Part shown: positions 47,751-57,455 of the stretch, in pieces
How the letters are laid out: the number at the start of each line of letters is the position of its first letter
Position numbering within the stretch: position 1 is the first letter of the stretch
Assembly: GCA_963699755.1 (NCBI GenBank)
Contig: CAVOVB010000010.1
Location: forward strand, 64,001-128,000
Length of the DNA: 64,000 nt
Direction of reading: 5' to 3'
Origin: an uncultured delta proteobacterium
GTDB lineage: Bacteria; Myxococcota_A; Polyangia; Polyangiales; Houyiibacteriaceae
The notes under the pieces: model-generated
Database searches by the model: none
What the model saw: only the letters and a program-made list of their open reading frames with translations
Told to the model about the DNA's origin: nothing
Position numbers and translations under genes: made by a program

Positions 47751-49291
47751 GCGCCATCGGTGAGCGCGATCTTCGGACGCGTCGACCCGAGCACGGAGAG
47801 CTCAATCCCGTCCGTTTCGGCGTGGGCTGCAAAATCTTGGATGACCTCGCGCACGTCATGGTCGAGAATTCGCGTACCGGACATGTCGATGGTCAGTGCG
47901 CAGTCTTTCGGGATTTCCCTCAAGATTCGCTTGAGAGACGCCTTGTTGAGGAAGGTCATGTGCTCGGTGAGACGAATCGTGAAGCAACCGGGACTGGTCT
48001 CCTCACGGTAGAAATTGAGCTGATAGTTGAAGATCAGGATCTCGAAAAAGGCGACGGCCATGCCGAGCATGATCCCCCTGAGCAGGTCTGTGAAGACCAG
48101 GCCTACGATCGTCACGGCGAAGGGCACGAACTGCCAGAAGCCCTCGGTCCACATCTGCTTGATGAGCGAGACGCGAGTAAGCCGGTACCCGATCAGCAAA
48201 AGGATGGCCGCAAGGCTCGCCAGGGGGATTTGGTTGAGGAGGTCTGGAATCGCAGCAACGCAGGCTAGGAGTAGAATGCCGTGAATGAACGAAGCGCGGC
48301 GTGTCTTGCCGCCGGCGTCGATGTTCGCGGTGCTTCGGACGATGACCTGTGTCACCGGGATGCCACCGAAGAGCCCTGACACGATGTTACCAAGTCCTTG
48401 TGCCTTGAGCTCCTGGTTGGTCGGTGTCACCCGCTTCTCAGGGTCGAGATTGTCCGTCGCCTCGACCGATAGAAGCGTCTCGATGCTCGCGATGAGCGCG
48501 AGAGTGAGCCCGATGATGTAGACCTCCGGGTTCGTGATCTGAGAGAAATCGGGGCGAATGAAGTGGGAAAGAAACTCCCCCACCGAAGAGGACACCGGGA
48601 CGGTGACGAGGTGCTCGCCAGAAATCGCAAGCCGAGGGCTGAGCGCGCCCAAGATCCGGTTGAGCGCGATGCCGAAGAGGACCACCAGCAAAGGCGCTGG
48701 GAGGGCACGGGCGATCCGGTGCTTCTTGAACGCGGGACGCTGCCACAGTAGCAGGACCGTGAGGGAGACGGCGGTGACGATCATCGCCCCAGGGCTGAAC
48801 GCCCGGAGCGCGTATCCGATTTCGCTGAACGTGTTGTGGCCGTCGCGTTGAAAGAACTCGAGCTCACCCTCCCAGGACTGGTCGTATCCGAGCGCATGAG
48901 GGATCTGCTTGAGGATCAGAATGATACCGATGCCGGCAAGCATTCCCTTGATCACACTCGATGGGAAGTAGTGGGCGATGACGCCAGCCTTGAGAAACGC
49001 AACCACCAGCTGCGCCACCCCGCAGATGATGACCGCCAACAAATAGGCCTCGAGCCCCAGGGTCTCGATTCCCGCCGCCACCATGACGGCGAGCCCGGCA
49101 GCAGGTCCACTCACGCCATGACGGGAACCGCTGAACAGCGTAACGACGATCCCGCCGGCAATTCCCGCGACCAGCCCGCTGAACAGAGGCGCGCCGGAGG
49201 CGAGCGCAATGCCCAGGCACAGCGGCAGCGCCACGAGAAAGACGACGATGCCCGCTCGCAAGTCGTCCCCGAGGTATTGCCGCTCGAACAT
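47747..49291 (-). CDS. SulP family anion (bicarbonate/sulfate) transporter
   Basis: AGIVVFLVALPLCLGIALASG, VSGPAAG, ETLLS, QVIVRS.AN; short STAS-like tail (FLNKA). Confidence 0.93.
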   Translation of the reverse strand: MFERQYLGDDLRAGIVVFLVALPLCLGIALASGAPLFSGLVAGIAGGIVVTLFSGSRHGVSGPAAGLAVMVAAGIETLGLEAYLLAVIICGVAQLVVAFLKAGVIAHYFPSSVIKGMLAGIGIILILKQIPHALGYDQSWEGELEFFQRDGHNTFSEIGYALRAFSPGAMIVTAVSLTVLLLWQRPAFKKHRIARALPAPLLVVLFGIALNRILGALSPRLAISGEHLVTVPVSSSVGEFLSHFIRPDFSQITNPEVYIIGLTLALIASIETLLSVEATDNLDPEKRVTPTNQELKAQGLGNIVSGLFGGIPVTQVIVRSTANIDAGGKTRRASFIHGILLLACVAAIPDLLNQIPLASLAAILLLIGYRLTRVSLIKQMWTEGFWQFVPFAVTIVGLVFTDLLRGIMLGMAVAFFEILIFNYQLNFYREETSPGCFTIRLTEHMTFLNKASLKRILREIPKDCALTIDMSGTRILDHDVREVIQDFAAHAETDGIELSVLGSTRPKIALTDGA

Positions 49292-49321
49292 ACCGTAGTA
49301 TGAGGCGCGAACGGCGTGGCG

Positions 49322-49789
49322 CTAGAGTCGGAGCCTCACTTTGATCGTCGTGGCGCCCCCTCTGTACGAAAACACCGCCGCCTGGTACTTTGGGGGACCG
49401 AAGCGCTCTGGGGGGATGTTGTTCGAGACGCCCCACCATTCTTTCGGCCGGCCCACCATGCTGGTCTCGAGCTCTCCATCCTTGTTTTCGTCGTGCATGA
49501 CGGAGACCGCATATTTTCCGGGCTTCACACCCCTGAACACGCAGCTTGCTTCGCCCTTCTTCGATTTGACGAACATCGTGGCGTCGGCCTTGGCGGGCTT
49601 GCTGGGAAAGCCGTCTTCTGTGGAATAGAGCGAGCAGCCGATCTGACCTTTGTCGTTCTGAATGTTGGAAACGTCGATGGTCAAAGCTGGCGGGAAGCTT
49701 GCATTTTCGGCGTCGGCTCCGGCGTGCGCGGGCACCACGAGTGCCGCGACGGTGAGAATAAACGTGCTCGTCGTGTTGCGTCTGGTCAT
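49322..49789 (-). CDS. DUF2141 family exported protein
   Basis: Signal peptide; PGKYAVSVMHDEN.DG, G.P.E..G.SNN, FGPP. Confidence 0.88.
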   Translation of the reverse strand: MTRRNTTSTFILTVAALVVPAHAGADAENASFPPALTIDVSNIQNDKGQIGCSLYSTEDGFPSKPAKADATMFVKSKKGEASCVFRGVKPGKYAVSVMHDENKDGELETSMVGRPKEWWGVSNNIPPERFGPPKYQAAVFSYRGGATTIKVRLRL

Positions 49790-49897
49790 CGTCGATTCCT
49801 AAGTCTGATGGACATGCGTCCTTGTGTACACGAAAATCGCTCTACTACTCCCAGAGGTGTTCCCCTATTGCGGCGCGAAGGGCAGTTTCGCGAGCTC

Positions 49898-50593
49898 TCA
49901 GGCGGGCGGCCGCGTCGATGAGCGCCAGTCTCGATCCGTTGACGTCCACCTCCGCATCGATGACCTCGGCGGCGTCGAAGATCCCTGCCTCGAAGCCTCG
50001 GCGCTTTGCGGCGGATTGGACTCCTCGATCGCACGGCGTACGAGCTGCAAAACCCTGGGGTCAAAGCCGAGCGATAGGTGACTCGCCTCCACCTCGATGT
50101 GCTCGCAGTGCGCGTTGTGCCGGTCGATACAGGCTTCCCACTTCACCACGGCATCACGGCGACTGTAGATCGCGGTGAGAGGCACCGAGATCGGAATCCG
50201 ATTTCGGTCCTCGACGGCGCGCTCGATCTCGTCGAGGTCCTCCCCCAGCACCCGTTCGTAGAAGGCCGCAGCCCTGGTGTATTTCGGTCCTCCGATGACG
50301 GGCGAGCCCAAGGTGACCACGCTTCTGACGAGCTCTGGGCGCTCGCGCGCGACCTCGCGGGCGAGCACGCCGCCGAGGCTCCAGCCTACGAGCGCCACCG
50401 GTTCCCGATAGCGTTCGAACAGCGCTTCGGTCCTCGAAACGACTTTGGGGATCAGCATGGGAACGCGGCCGCGATTGATTCCCAATCGCCATCGGTGAAC
50501 CTGGTAGCCGGCGTTCCGGAGGTAGCGTCGAATGACGAATGTGGAGAGGTCGCCGGCGCTGAAGCCAGGAAACACCGCAACCGGCGTAGACAT
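49898..50593 (-). CDS. Alpha/beta hydrolase (PGAP1-like esterase/lipase)
   Basis: PGF.AGD.S, GWSLGG, TLGSP, YSRRDAVV, SHL.LG. Confidence 0.85.
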   Translation of the reverse strand: MSTPVAVFPGFSAGDLSTFVIRRYLRNAGYQVHRWRLGINRGRVPMLIPKVVSRTEALFERYREPVALVGWSLGGVLAREVARERPELVRSVVTLGSPVIGGPKYTRAAAFYERVLGEDLDEIERAVEDRNRIPISVPLTAIYSRRDAVVKWEACIDRHNAHCEHIEVEASHLSLGFDPRVLQLVRRAIEESNPPQSAEASRQGSSTPPRSSMRRWTSTDRDWRSSTRPPA

Positions 50594-50708
50594 TGGTGAT
50601 CTCTAGAGGTCGGCCCGTCCATTGGCAAGTAGTGGCCTCGAAGCCGTCCCACCCTGCCCAACTGAGGTTCGACAAAGGACCTCCCCTGCTGCTATTCGCT
50701 GGTGCATC

Positions 50709-51581
50709 ATGGGTCTCCAACGCGCAGCCGTCGCATCGTCCGTGATCTCTGGCGCGGTGATCCTGGCCGGCGTGATTGCCTGGGCCAGCAGCCCGGGAGG
50801 CGCCGAGATCGGCGGCATGCCCGTCATGGTCCTGTGCGCAGCCATCGCCTTCGTCGTGCAGTGGTTTGCGTTCCTGCCTGCCTATTGGAAACAGACCGAA
50901 CGGTTCTATGACCTCGTCGGGAGCTTGACCTACGTTCTGGTCACCAGCGTTGCGCTCTTGGCCTCTCGACCGACCGATGCTCGCTCCGCCATCCTCGGCC
51001 TTCTGGTTTTCATCTGGGCGTCACGCCTCGGCAGCTTTCTATTTCGACGAGTGCGAAGCGCAGGATCCGATCCCCGCTTCGATGACATCAAGCCTAGCGC
51101 CTCGCGTTTTCTCGTGGCCTGGACGCTTCAAGGGCTCTGGGTGTTCCTGACCCTCTGTGCTGCGCTTGCTGCGATCACGACGACGTCGCCCTCGGCGCTT
51201 GGGTTGCTCGACGCTTCGGGCATCCTGGTATGGGCGATCGGTTTTGCGATCGAGGTTGTCGCCGATCGGCAAAAGAGCCAATCGCGCATGGCGAATCCAG
51301 GAGAGTTCGTTCACACTGGCCTCTGGGCCTGGTCTCGACATCCCAACTATTTCGGGGAGATCGTGCTCTGGTTGGGCGTGGCGCTGATCGCGGCGTCGAC
51401 TCTGCATGGCTGGCAGTGGATCACGATGATCTCACCGGTCTTCGTGGTCTTTCTTCTCACGCGCGTCAGTGGAATCCCGCTTCTCGAAAAGCGCGCGGAT
51501 GAGCGATGGGGCGACTACGAAAGCTACCGCACCTACAAAGCCAGGACGCCGATCTTGGTCCCGCGTCCACCTCGACGATGA
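50709..51581 (+). CDS. DUF1295 (steroid 5-alpha-reductase-like) membrane protein
   Basis: FYDL.GS, W..RLG.FL..R....G.D.RF, AD.QK, GLW.WSRHPNYFGE, SGIP.LE. Confidence 0.92.
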   Translation: MGLQRAAVASSVISGAVILAGVIAWASSPGGAEIGGMPVMVLCAAIAFVVQWFAFLPAYWKQTERFYDLVGSLTYVLVTSVALLASRPTDARSAILGLLVFIWASRLGSFLFRRVRSAGSDPRFDDIKPSASRFLVAWTLQGLWVFLTLCAALAAITTTSPSALGLLDASGILVWAIGFAIEVVADRQKSQSRMANPGEFVHTGLWAWSRHPNYFGEIVLWLGVALIAASTLHGWQWITMISPVFVVFLLTRVSGIPLLEKRADERWGDYESYRTYKARTPILVPRPPRR

Positions 51582-51638
51582 GCGCGCGCGACCAGATCTG
51601 GCCGGACGCGGACTCGGGCCCTAGGATCTCGGACCAGG

Positions 51639-52799
51639 ATGGCTGAGCCCGCTTTCCCGAGTCGCTACAGGAATCGACGAGAAGCCAGGCTGCGCTTTGG
51701 AGACGATGCAGATCGGTACGCCCGCTTCTATCTCTTAGGTGATCCCGTGGCCGACGACCTGGTCGCATGGATGGAGCGAAGCGGCGAAGCGGCCAAGGCG
51801 CAGGTCGAGCGCGCCCTTCAAGGGGGCATCGCAGAGGCTCGCGATCCGGCTCCCGAGCTCGAACGTTTCTTCGCGCGTGCCGAGTCCCTGCCGCCTTGGG
51901 TCGACTTCGAACAGCTGCGAACCGGTGCGCTCGCTTACCAGCGCTTCGGCATCCTAGGCATGTTCGTACTGAGCGCATGGTCCCTGATCAACGGCTATCA
52001 TTCGAGCGCCGCCGTCAAGCCGCTCGCCTTCACTGGGCAGCTCCACCGCAACACCCAACGACGCCTCGCCGAAACCGCGCGATTCGTAAGTGAGGCGTCG
52101 CAGGTCGACGGCCTTCGAGCTGGACGCCCTGGGCACGAGATCGCGCTGCGGGTCAGTGTGATTCACGCGCACGTGCGTAGCGCCTGCCTGCGCTCGGGCC
52201 AGTGGCGCACCGAGGCTTGGGGACTTCCAATCAACCAAGCCGACATGTTCGGAACCCTTCTGGAGTTTTCGCTTCTGATGATGGATGGCGCTCAGCGTCT
52301 CGGCTTCGTGCTCACCCCGGAAGAACGTGAAGCGATTCTCGCCATGTGGCGGTACTGCGGCCACTTGAGTGGCGTCGACCCCTGGCTCCTCGATGCGCTC
52401 GGGAGCGAAACCAAGACGCGACGCCTCGCCGATCTGCTGCGGCTGGTTCAGCCCGGCCCCGACCGGGATTCATTGACTCTGACCGAGCAACTCCTGAAAG
52501 TGCCGGGGCAAAACGCCAAAGGCAAAGGCCCCCCGGTGCTCGCCCTCGCCGTAAGCCGCATTCACAACGGGCTTGCGCGAGCCTTCAACGGCCCTGAGAT
52601 CGCAAACGAACTTCGGATTCCCGACGATCTCTGGCAGTACTCCATCTACCCCATTCGCGTCCTCGTCACGCCGTTCGAATGGCTTCGCTGTCGCGTGCCC
52701 GGCGCGAGCCGGCTGGCCTCAGAAGTAGGGAACCGAGCCGTCCGTGGAGATCTGGCTCGAATCCTACGCGGCGAAGAGCCGTCGTTCAGCATTTCATAA
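51639..52799 (+). CDS. MpaB/Lcp-like heme oxygenase (DUF2236)
   Basis: GDP.AD, RRLAET..F, RV..IHA.VR, WG.PINQ.DM, WRY.G.L.G. Confidence 0.88.
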   Translation: MAEPAFPSRYRNRREARLRFGDDADRYARFYLLGDPVADDLVAWMERSGEAAKAQVERALQGGIAEARDPAPELERFFARAESLPPWVDFEQLRTGALAYQRFGILGMFVLSAWSLINGYHSSAAVKPLAFTGQLHRNTQRRLAETARFVSEASQVDGLRAGRPGHEIALRVSVIHAHVRSACLRSGQWRTEAWGLPINQADMFGTLLEFSLLMMDGAQRLGFVLTPEEREAILAMWRYCGHLSGVDPWLLDALGSETKTRRLADLLRLVQPGPDRDSLTLTEQLLKVPGQNAKGKGPPVLALAVSRIHNGLARAFNGPEIANELRIPDDLWQYSIYPIRVLVTPFEWLRCRVPGASRLASEVGNRAVRGDLARILRGEEPSFSIS

Positions 52800-52904
52800 T
52801 CGTTGCCGCGTGCTCGTCCATGTTCTTGTCCAGGCCAAGCCCGGCGGCTCGTACGCCGTTCCACGCCCGGCTGGCGCCGGCATGACGAGGTCTTGACCTG
52901 TGCC

Positions 52905-52929
52905 CTTCTCGCCCCGTCGTAGCGAGAAG
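52905..52929. terminator. Hairpin between convergent genes, possible terminator
   Basis: CTTCTCGC-N9-GCGAGAAG inverted repeat; no clear U-tract. Confidence 0.35.
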
Positions 52930-52932
52930 CGC

Positions 52933-54372
52933 TCACAAGCTAGTCGCGGCGCAGGCGACCTGGGTGGTCGTTTCCCAGCGAATCCGCTCGATCTCGGCGA
53001 GGGCGACCGCCTCGATGTATTGCATACGGGCCATGGCGGCCTGCTGCTCGCGAAGATTCACGAAGATTAGATTGCTCGAGCCGACCTCGAACCGACGGCG
53101 CTCTCCTTCGGCAAGCTCGGCAGCGGTGTCGACCACCTCGTCTGTTAGCTCGGCTCGACGCTGGGCGGCCTCGACCGCCGACGCCGCGTCCAGGGTTCTG
53201 GCGCGAAGCTGGTCAGACACGAAGCGCAAGCGCGCCTCTTTTTCGGCTACCTCCGCCCGCGCGGCGCCGGCCCTGCCGCGGTCCTTGCGCAATAGCAAGG
53301 GCATCGACAGCTTCACGCCAGCCTCGAACACGTTGCCCGGAAGCGTGAAGTCGAGATCCGTCTCGGTGAGGTCCCCGAGGTCGCGGGAGTACGCGAAGCT
53401 CGCGCGAATCTCCGGAGCGACCTGATTGCGGGTGAGCTTCTGATCGACCTCCGCCGCTTCGAGCTCCGCGCGTGCCTTTTCGAGCTCGGGGTGGCAGGCC
53501 AAGACGTCCTCGATCGCGCGTTCTACCAAGAGCCGTTCGATGGGCGCGACCGCCACTCGCTCTGGGACTCGCTGAGCGTTCGCGACGACCGGGAGCCCCT
53601 GAGAGTCGCGCAAGAACAGCGACAGCTCGAAGGTAGCTTTCTCGAAAGCTCGCTCAGCGGCGACCAGAAAAGCCTTTCGCTCGAGCAGGATTCGCTCGTT
53701 GTCGACGACGTCGAAAGACGGGATCGAACCGGCTGCGAGGCGTCGCCGGAGCTGTGCGTCACGTTGCTCGGCCAGGTCGAGCAAGGCCCTCGCGACTTCC
53801 CGGTTTTGCCCCGTGCCGACCCAGTTCCAATAGGTCTGCGCCGCGGCGAGCTCGAGGTTGAGCCTGGCCGCCGATAGGTTCTGGCCGGCGGCTTCTTCTA
53901 GCTGGATGGCGCGGGCGCGCTCGGCGCGCTCTGGGTCGATCAGACCACCGCGCCAGATGGGCACCTCGATCCCCGCGCGAACCTCGCCACCCGAGAGTGT
54001 CTGATCATCGCGATAGGTCGGCCAACGCTCGTTGACGCCAAGACCCACGCGGTAGCCCACGAAGATCTCGGAACCCCAAAGCGTCGTGGGCTGACGAAGC
54101 TCTACGTTGGCCTGGCGCAAGTCGTAGTACGCTCCGGTGAGGATCTTTCCGTCGCCCTCGAGCCGCGGATCAAACGCACCGCGCGCCGCCGTCGCCTTGG
54201 ACTCCGCCTTGCGGAGCTGCGCAACCGCCTGGCGGATCCGGGGATCGTGCGCGTTCACCGATTGCAAAACTTCGTCGAAATGCAGCGGGCGCCCTCGCTC
54301 TTCGCTCGCCAGCGCAAGTACGGGTGCAAGCGAGCTCAGGACGAAAACGCTCAACCGCGTGGCAAGGCTCAT
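52933..54372 (-). CDS. TolC family outer membrane efflux protein
   Basis: Signal peptide, GAFDP, two OEP-like helical repeats, ERRRFEVG.S.L..VN.RE. Confidence 0.9.
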   Translation of the reverse strand: MSLATRLSVFVLSSLAPVLALASEERGRPLHFDEVLQSVNAHDPRIRQAVAQLRKAESKATAARGAFDPRLEGDGKILTGAYYDLRQANVELRQPTTLWGSEIFVGYRVGLGVNERWPTYRDDQTLSGGEVRAGIEVPIWRGGLIDPERAERARAIQLEEAAGQNLSAARLNLELAAAQTYWNWVGTGQNREVARALLDLAEQRDAQLRRRLAAGSIPSFDVVDNERILLERKAFLVAAERAFEKATFELSLFLRDSQGLPVVANAQRVPERVAVAPIERLLVERAIEDVLACHPELEKARAELEAAEVDQKLTRNQVAPEIRASFAYSRDLGDLTETDLDFTLPGNVFEAGVKLSMPLLLRKDRGRAGAARAEVAEKEARLRFVSDQLRARTLDAASAVEAAQRRAELTDEVVDTAAELAEGERRRFEVGSSNLIFVNLREQQAAMARMQYIEAVALAEIERIRWETTTQVACAATSL

Positions 54373-55706
54373 GGATCCTCCTTGCCGCTCGTCGCCATGG
54401 GCGGTGGGTCGGTAGTTGGCGGGAAGCCGTTGAACTGGCGCCAGACCTCGAAGCCGAGCGAAACCCGGTTGAGCAAGACCCAACCTTTGGCGAGCACGCC
54501 CTGGCGCAGATAGCTGGCAGCGGGCCAGGGGCTGTCTTCGAGGTCGGGAACGACGACGATGCGGAAATCCCCGCGCCCATCGTCGGTGGCATCGACAAAG
54601 GCCACCCGCCCGCCAAAGGTCCCGACCGCGACGGACGGCCAACCGGAAAACTGCACCGCCGGCCAGCCTTCGAACTGCAGCCGCACGGGGCTTCCCTGTT
54701 TGATGAGGGCGGCATCGTTGCCATCGACGTAGAGCTCGACCGCACGATCCTCGGTCTGGGGCACGAGCAAGGCGAGCACCTCTCCTTGCTTGACCTGCTC
54801 TCCACCGAGGCGACCGACGACACGAAGGATCGTCCCGTCGATCGGCGCTTTGATCGTTTGGGCCTGCTGGCGCGAAATGCCCACGTCGAGGCGCGCGAGC
54901 GCGGCATTGGTCGAGGCGACCTCGGTCTCCGCGCTCCGCCAACTTGCCTCGGCGTTTTCGATCTCCGCCTCGGTCGACGCAATGACCCGTCGGAGTGCTG
55001 CGCGGCTTTGAGACAGCTTGTTGCGGGAAGCCGATAGCCTTGCATTGGCGGATGCAACCTCGGCCCTGCTCTGTCGCGCGGCGAGCTCTGCAAGCTCGAG
55101 CTCTCGTTGCGATGCGAGGCCATCATTGAACAGGTCGCGCTGGCGACGAAGGTTGAGCTCGTTGGTTTCGAGCTCGGCGGTGGCGGCTCCCACATCCTGC
55201 TCGGCTGCCTCGACGCCGCGCTGCGCGATCTGGATGTTCGACTCGGTCGCGGAGATCTCGGCCCGCTGCGAGCGGCGAATGGATTCGATTCGGCTGCTCA
55301 GCGACTCGGCGCGCTGGGCCTGCGCGATTCGTCGCACTTCGATCGCGGCCCGCTCCGCCCCAAGACGGTCGAGCATCGATTCGTCGTTGTCGACCAGCTT
55401 GACGATGGGGTCACCCTTCTTGACCTGCGTTCCCTCCTGCACGAACCACTCCTCGATGCGCCCGGAGATCGTCGCCTCGATGGGCTGCTGACGCTGGTCC
55501 GGCGCATAGGCGAGCACACGCCCGCTGCCACGGATGTTCTGCGTCCAAGGTGCGAGGAGCGCAGCAAGCGAAAACAGGAGAAAAACGGAAACCAAGACTT
55601 TGGCCACCACGACCGTCCGCTGGGGCGCGGGGACAGCCAAGGTCTCCGGAAGCGTATCCCGTTCGAAGCCAGACCAGTGATCGGCTTTGACCGATGTACC
55701 CTTCAT
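54369..55706 (-). CDS. HlyD family membrane fusion protein
   Basis: TM + PWTQNIRG.G, lipoyl halves (ISGRI...V.EG; IKAPIDG), coiled coil, RLQFEGWPAVQFSGWP. Confidence 0.92.
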   Translation of the reverse strand: MKGTSVKADHWSGFERDTLPETLAVPAPQRTVVVAKVLVSVFLLFSLAALLAPWTQNIRGSGRVLAYAPDQRQQPIEATISGRIEEWFVQEGTQVKKGDPIVKLVDNDESMLDRLGAERAAIEVRRIAQAQRAESLSSRIESIRRSQRAEISATESNIQIAQRGVEAAEQDVGAATAELETNELNLRRQRDLFNDGLASQRELELAELAARQSRAEVASANARLSASRNKLSQSRAALRRVIASTEAEIENAEASWRSAETEVASTNAALARLDVGISRQQAQTIKAPIDGTILRVVGRLGGEQVKQGEVLALLVPQTEDRAVELYVDGNDAALIKQGSPVRLQFEGWPAVQFSGWPSVAVGTFGGRVAFVDATDDGRGDFRIVVVPDLEDSPWPAASYLRQGVLAKGWVLLNRVSLGFEVWRQFNGFPPTTDPPPMATSGKEDP

Positions 55707-57385
55707 GCTGCCTCTCCTTCCTGTCGGATCGTTTCGGAAATTTGGAAGTGCCGATCCATTCGCTCTCGAACCGCAGAGTCCTCGGAAACGATGAGCAGCG
55801 AGGTATCGCGCAATGTCGACAATCGCTCGGCAATGCGGACCCCGGCTACGGAGTCCATTCGATCCAAGGTGCGGTCCAGAATCAACAAGGAGGGTTTTCC
55901 AGCCACCGCTCTTGCGATCGTGAGGGCAATGCCCTGGCTCCGCGAAAGCGGCGCCCCATCTCGCAGGATCGGAGTTTGCAGACCCAGGGGGAGAGACTTC
56001 ACGACCTCTGCCAGGCCTACGCGACCCAAGGCGTCCCATGCCTCCTCGGCGCTGAGGTCTGGATTGGCTGCCCGAAGATTGTCCAAGATGCAGCCCGGAA
56101 AGATCTCTGCACCACGAACGAGCGAGACTCGGCTGCGAAGCTCGCGGAGCGCGAGGTCGCGAACGTCGTGGCCGTCCATCTCGATGACTCCGGCGCTCGG
56201 AACACGTAGCCCGAAGATGGAATCGACGAGCGCCACGGTATCCCGCTCCGTGCCAGCGATTGACACGTGTTCGCCGGATTCAATCTTCAGCGAAACTTGG
56301 ATCGGCTCCGCATCTGCTTCCGGGTTGAGCGCCACGTTCTTCAGCACCAGCCCGAGTGCGAGCCCGCTATCGGGCGGAAGGATCTCGCCATCTGCTCGTT
56401 CCAAGGGTAGATCGAGGATTTCGCCAAGCTTGTCCACCGCGGCAACCAAGTCGTAGAACGTCTCCACTTTGCCTCCCAGCTTTGCGATCGAAGCAACGAC
56501 CGCGGTCACGATGAGCTCCGCGGCGACGAGCTGGCCGATCGAAAGCTGACGCTCGATCACCAACAAACCGCCTACCGCGAGCAAGGCAACGCTAGCCACC
56601 ACTTCGATCGTGAACGCGCCAAGCAGCTGACGAAAGACGATGCGGAAGTGTCGATCACGCTCATCCAAATACGACTTCGCCAGCGTTTCAACTTGAGTCC
56701 GCGCGAGTTGTTCGCCCCCTACGAGCTTGAAAGAGAGTGGATGACGTGCCATTTCTTCGAGCCATCCGGCCACCGCGTACTTCGCTTTGGACTCGGCGAC
56801 ACTGGTGCCGGTGCCCCCACGGCCAAGCGGAATCAAGACGAGCACCGCACCGACGATGAGCACCAGGTCGAACGCGAGCAGCACCGGGTGATAGAACGCC
56901 AGGACGATCAAGCCGACCAGCGCGATCAACACTGCGTCCACACCGCCGAGGAGCAATGAGGCCACGCTCTTCTGGATTGTGAACACGTCGAAGAAACGGT
57001 TCAGAAGCTCCGGCCCGTTGGCATCCCGAAGCGCCGTACCGCTCACGCGCGGGAGCCGAGCGCCGATCTCAGTGACGATGCGGACAAACAGCCGGCGCTG
57101 CAGCATTTCCGCGACGCGTACCTGGAGCGCGCGAAGAACGGCCGCCCCCGATAGAGCGACGGCAAGCAGGACCGTCAAGACGACCAGCGGCTGAATCAAG
57201 GAGCCGAAGGCGACCGTGTTGACGAGCGACTGGACCGCGACCGGCACCGCGAGCGACAAGAGGCCCAACGCCACGCCGTAGATGACGATGACGGCGATGT
57301 CCTGCCCGTCGAGCGCGAGGAGCTGTCGGGCCCGACGAAGCGGCGAGGGGCGCGAGAGCGCAGTGACAGAAGGCATCTGATTCAT
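55703..57385 (-). CDS. Type I secretion-type ABC transporter (TMD + degenerate NBD)
   Basis: LSLAVPVAVQSLVN, ELLNRFFD, GQLVAAELI TMD. NBD motifs are degenerate: GTERDT, LSRSQ, LILDRTLD. Confidence 0.88.
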   Translation of the reverse strand: MNQMPSVTALSRPSPLRRARQLLALDGQDIAVIVIYGVALGLLSLAVPVAVQSLVNTVAFGSLIQPLVVLTVLLAVALSGAAVLRALQVRVAEMLQRRLFVRIVTEIGARLPRVSGTALRDANGPELLNRFFDVFTIQKSVASLLLGGVDAVLIALVGLIVLAFYHPVLLAFDLVLIVGAVLVLIPLGRGGTGTSVAESKAKYAVAGWLEEMARHPLSFKLVGGEQLARTQVETLAKSYLDERDRHFRIVFRQLLGAFTIEVVASVALLAVGGLLVIERQLSIGQLVAAELIVTAVVASIAKLGGKVETFYDLVAAVDKLGEILDLPLERADGEILPPDSGLALGLVLKNVALNPEADAEPIQVSLKIESGEHVSIAGTERDTVALVDSIFGLRVPSAGVIEMDGHDVRDLALRELRSRVSLVRGAEIFPGCILDNLRAANPDLSAEEAWDALGRVGLAEVVKSLPLGLQTPILRDGAPLSRSQGIALTIARAVAGKPSLLILDRTLDRMDSVAGVRIAERLSTLRDTSLLIVSEDSAVRERMDRHFQISETIRQEGEAA

Positions 57386-57455
57386 GAGATGTATACCATG
57401 ATACGAAATACATGCTTGTCAATGCCTGTATTTGGCTTTATGAAAAAGATATCGC

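Noticed and set aside
49800..49897. TGGACA/TGTACA hexamers and a GGAAC box upstream of DUF2141 as a second CarH site or ECF promoter
   Set aside because: Spacing is 16 bp rather than 11, and the ECF -10 spacing is unconvincing.
50594..50708. Possible N-terminal truncation of the PGAP1-like hydrolase
   Set aside because: Catalytic Ser/Asp/His motifs are intact and no frameshifted remnant is recognisable upstream, so I cannot call it a pseudogene.
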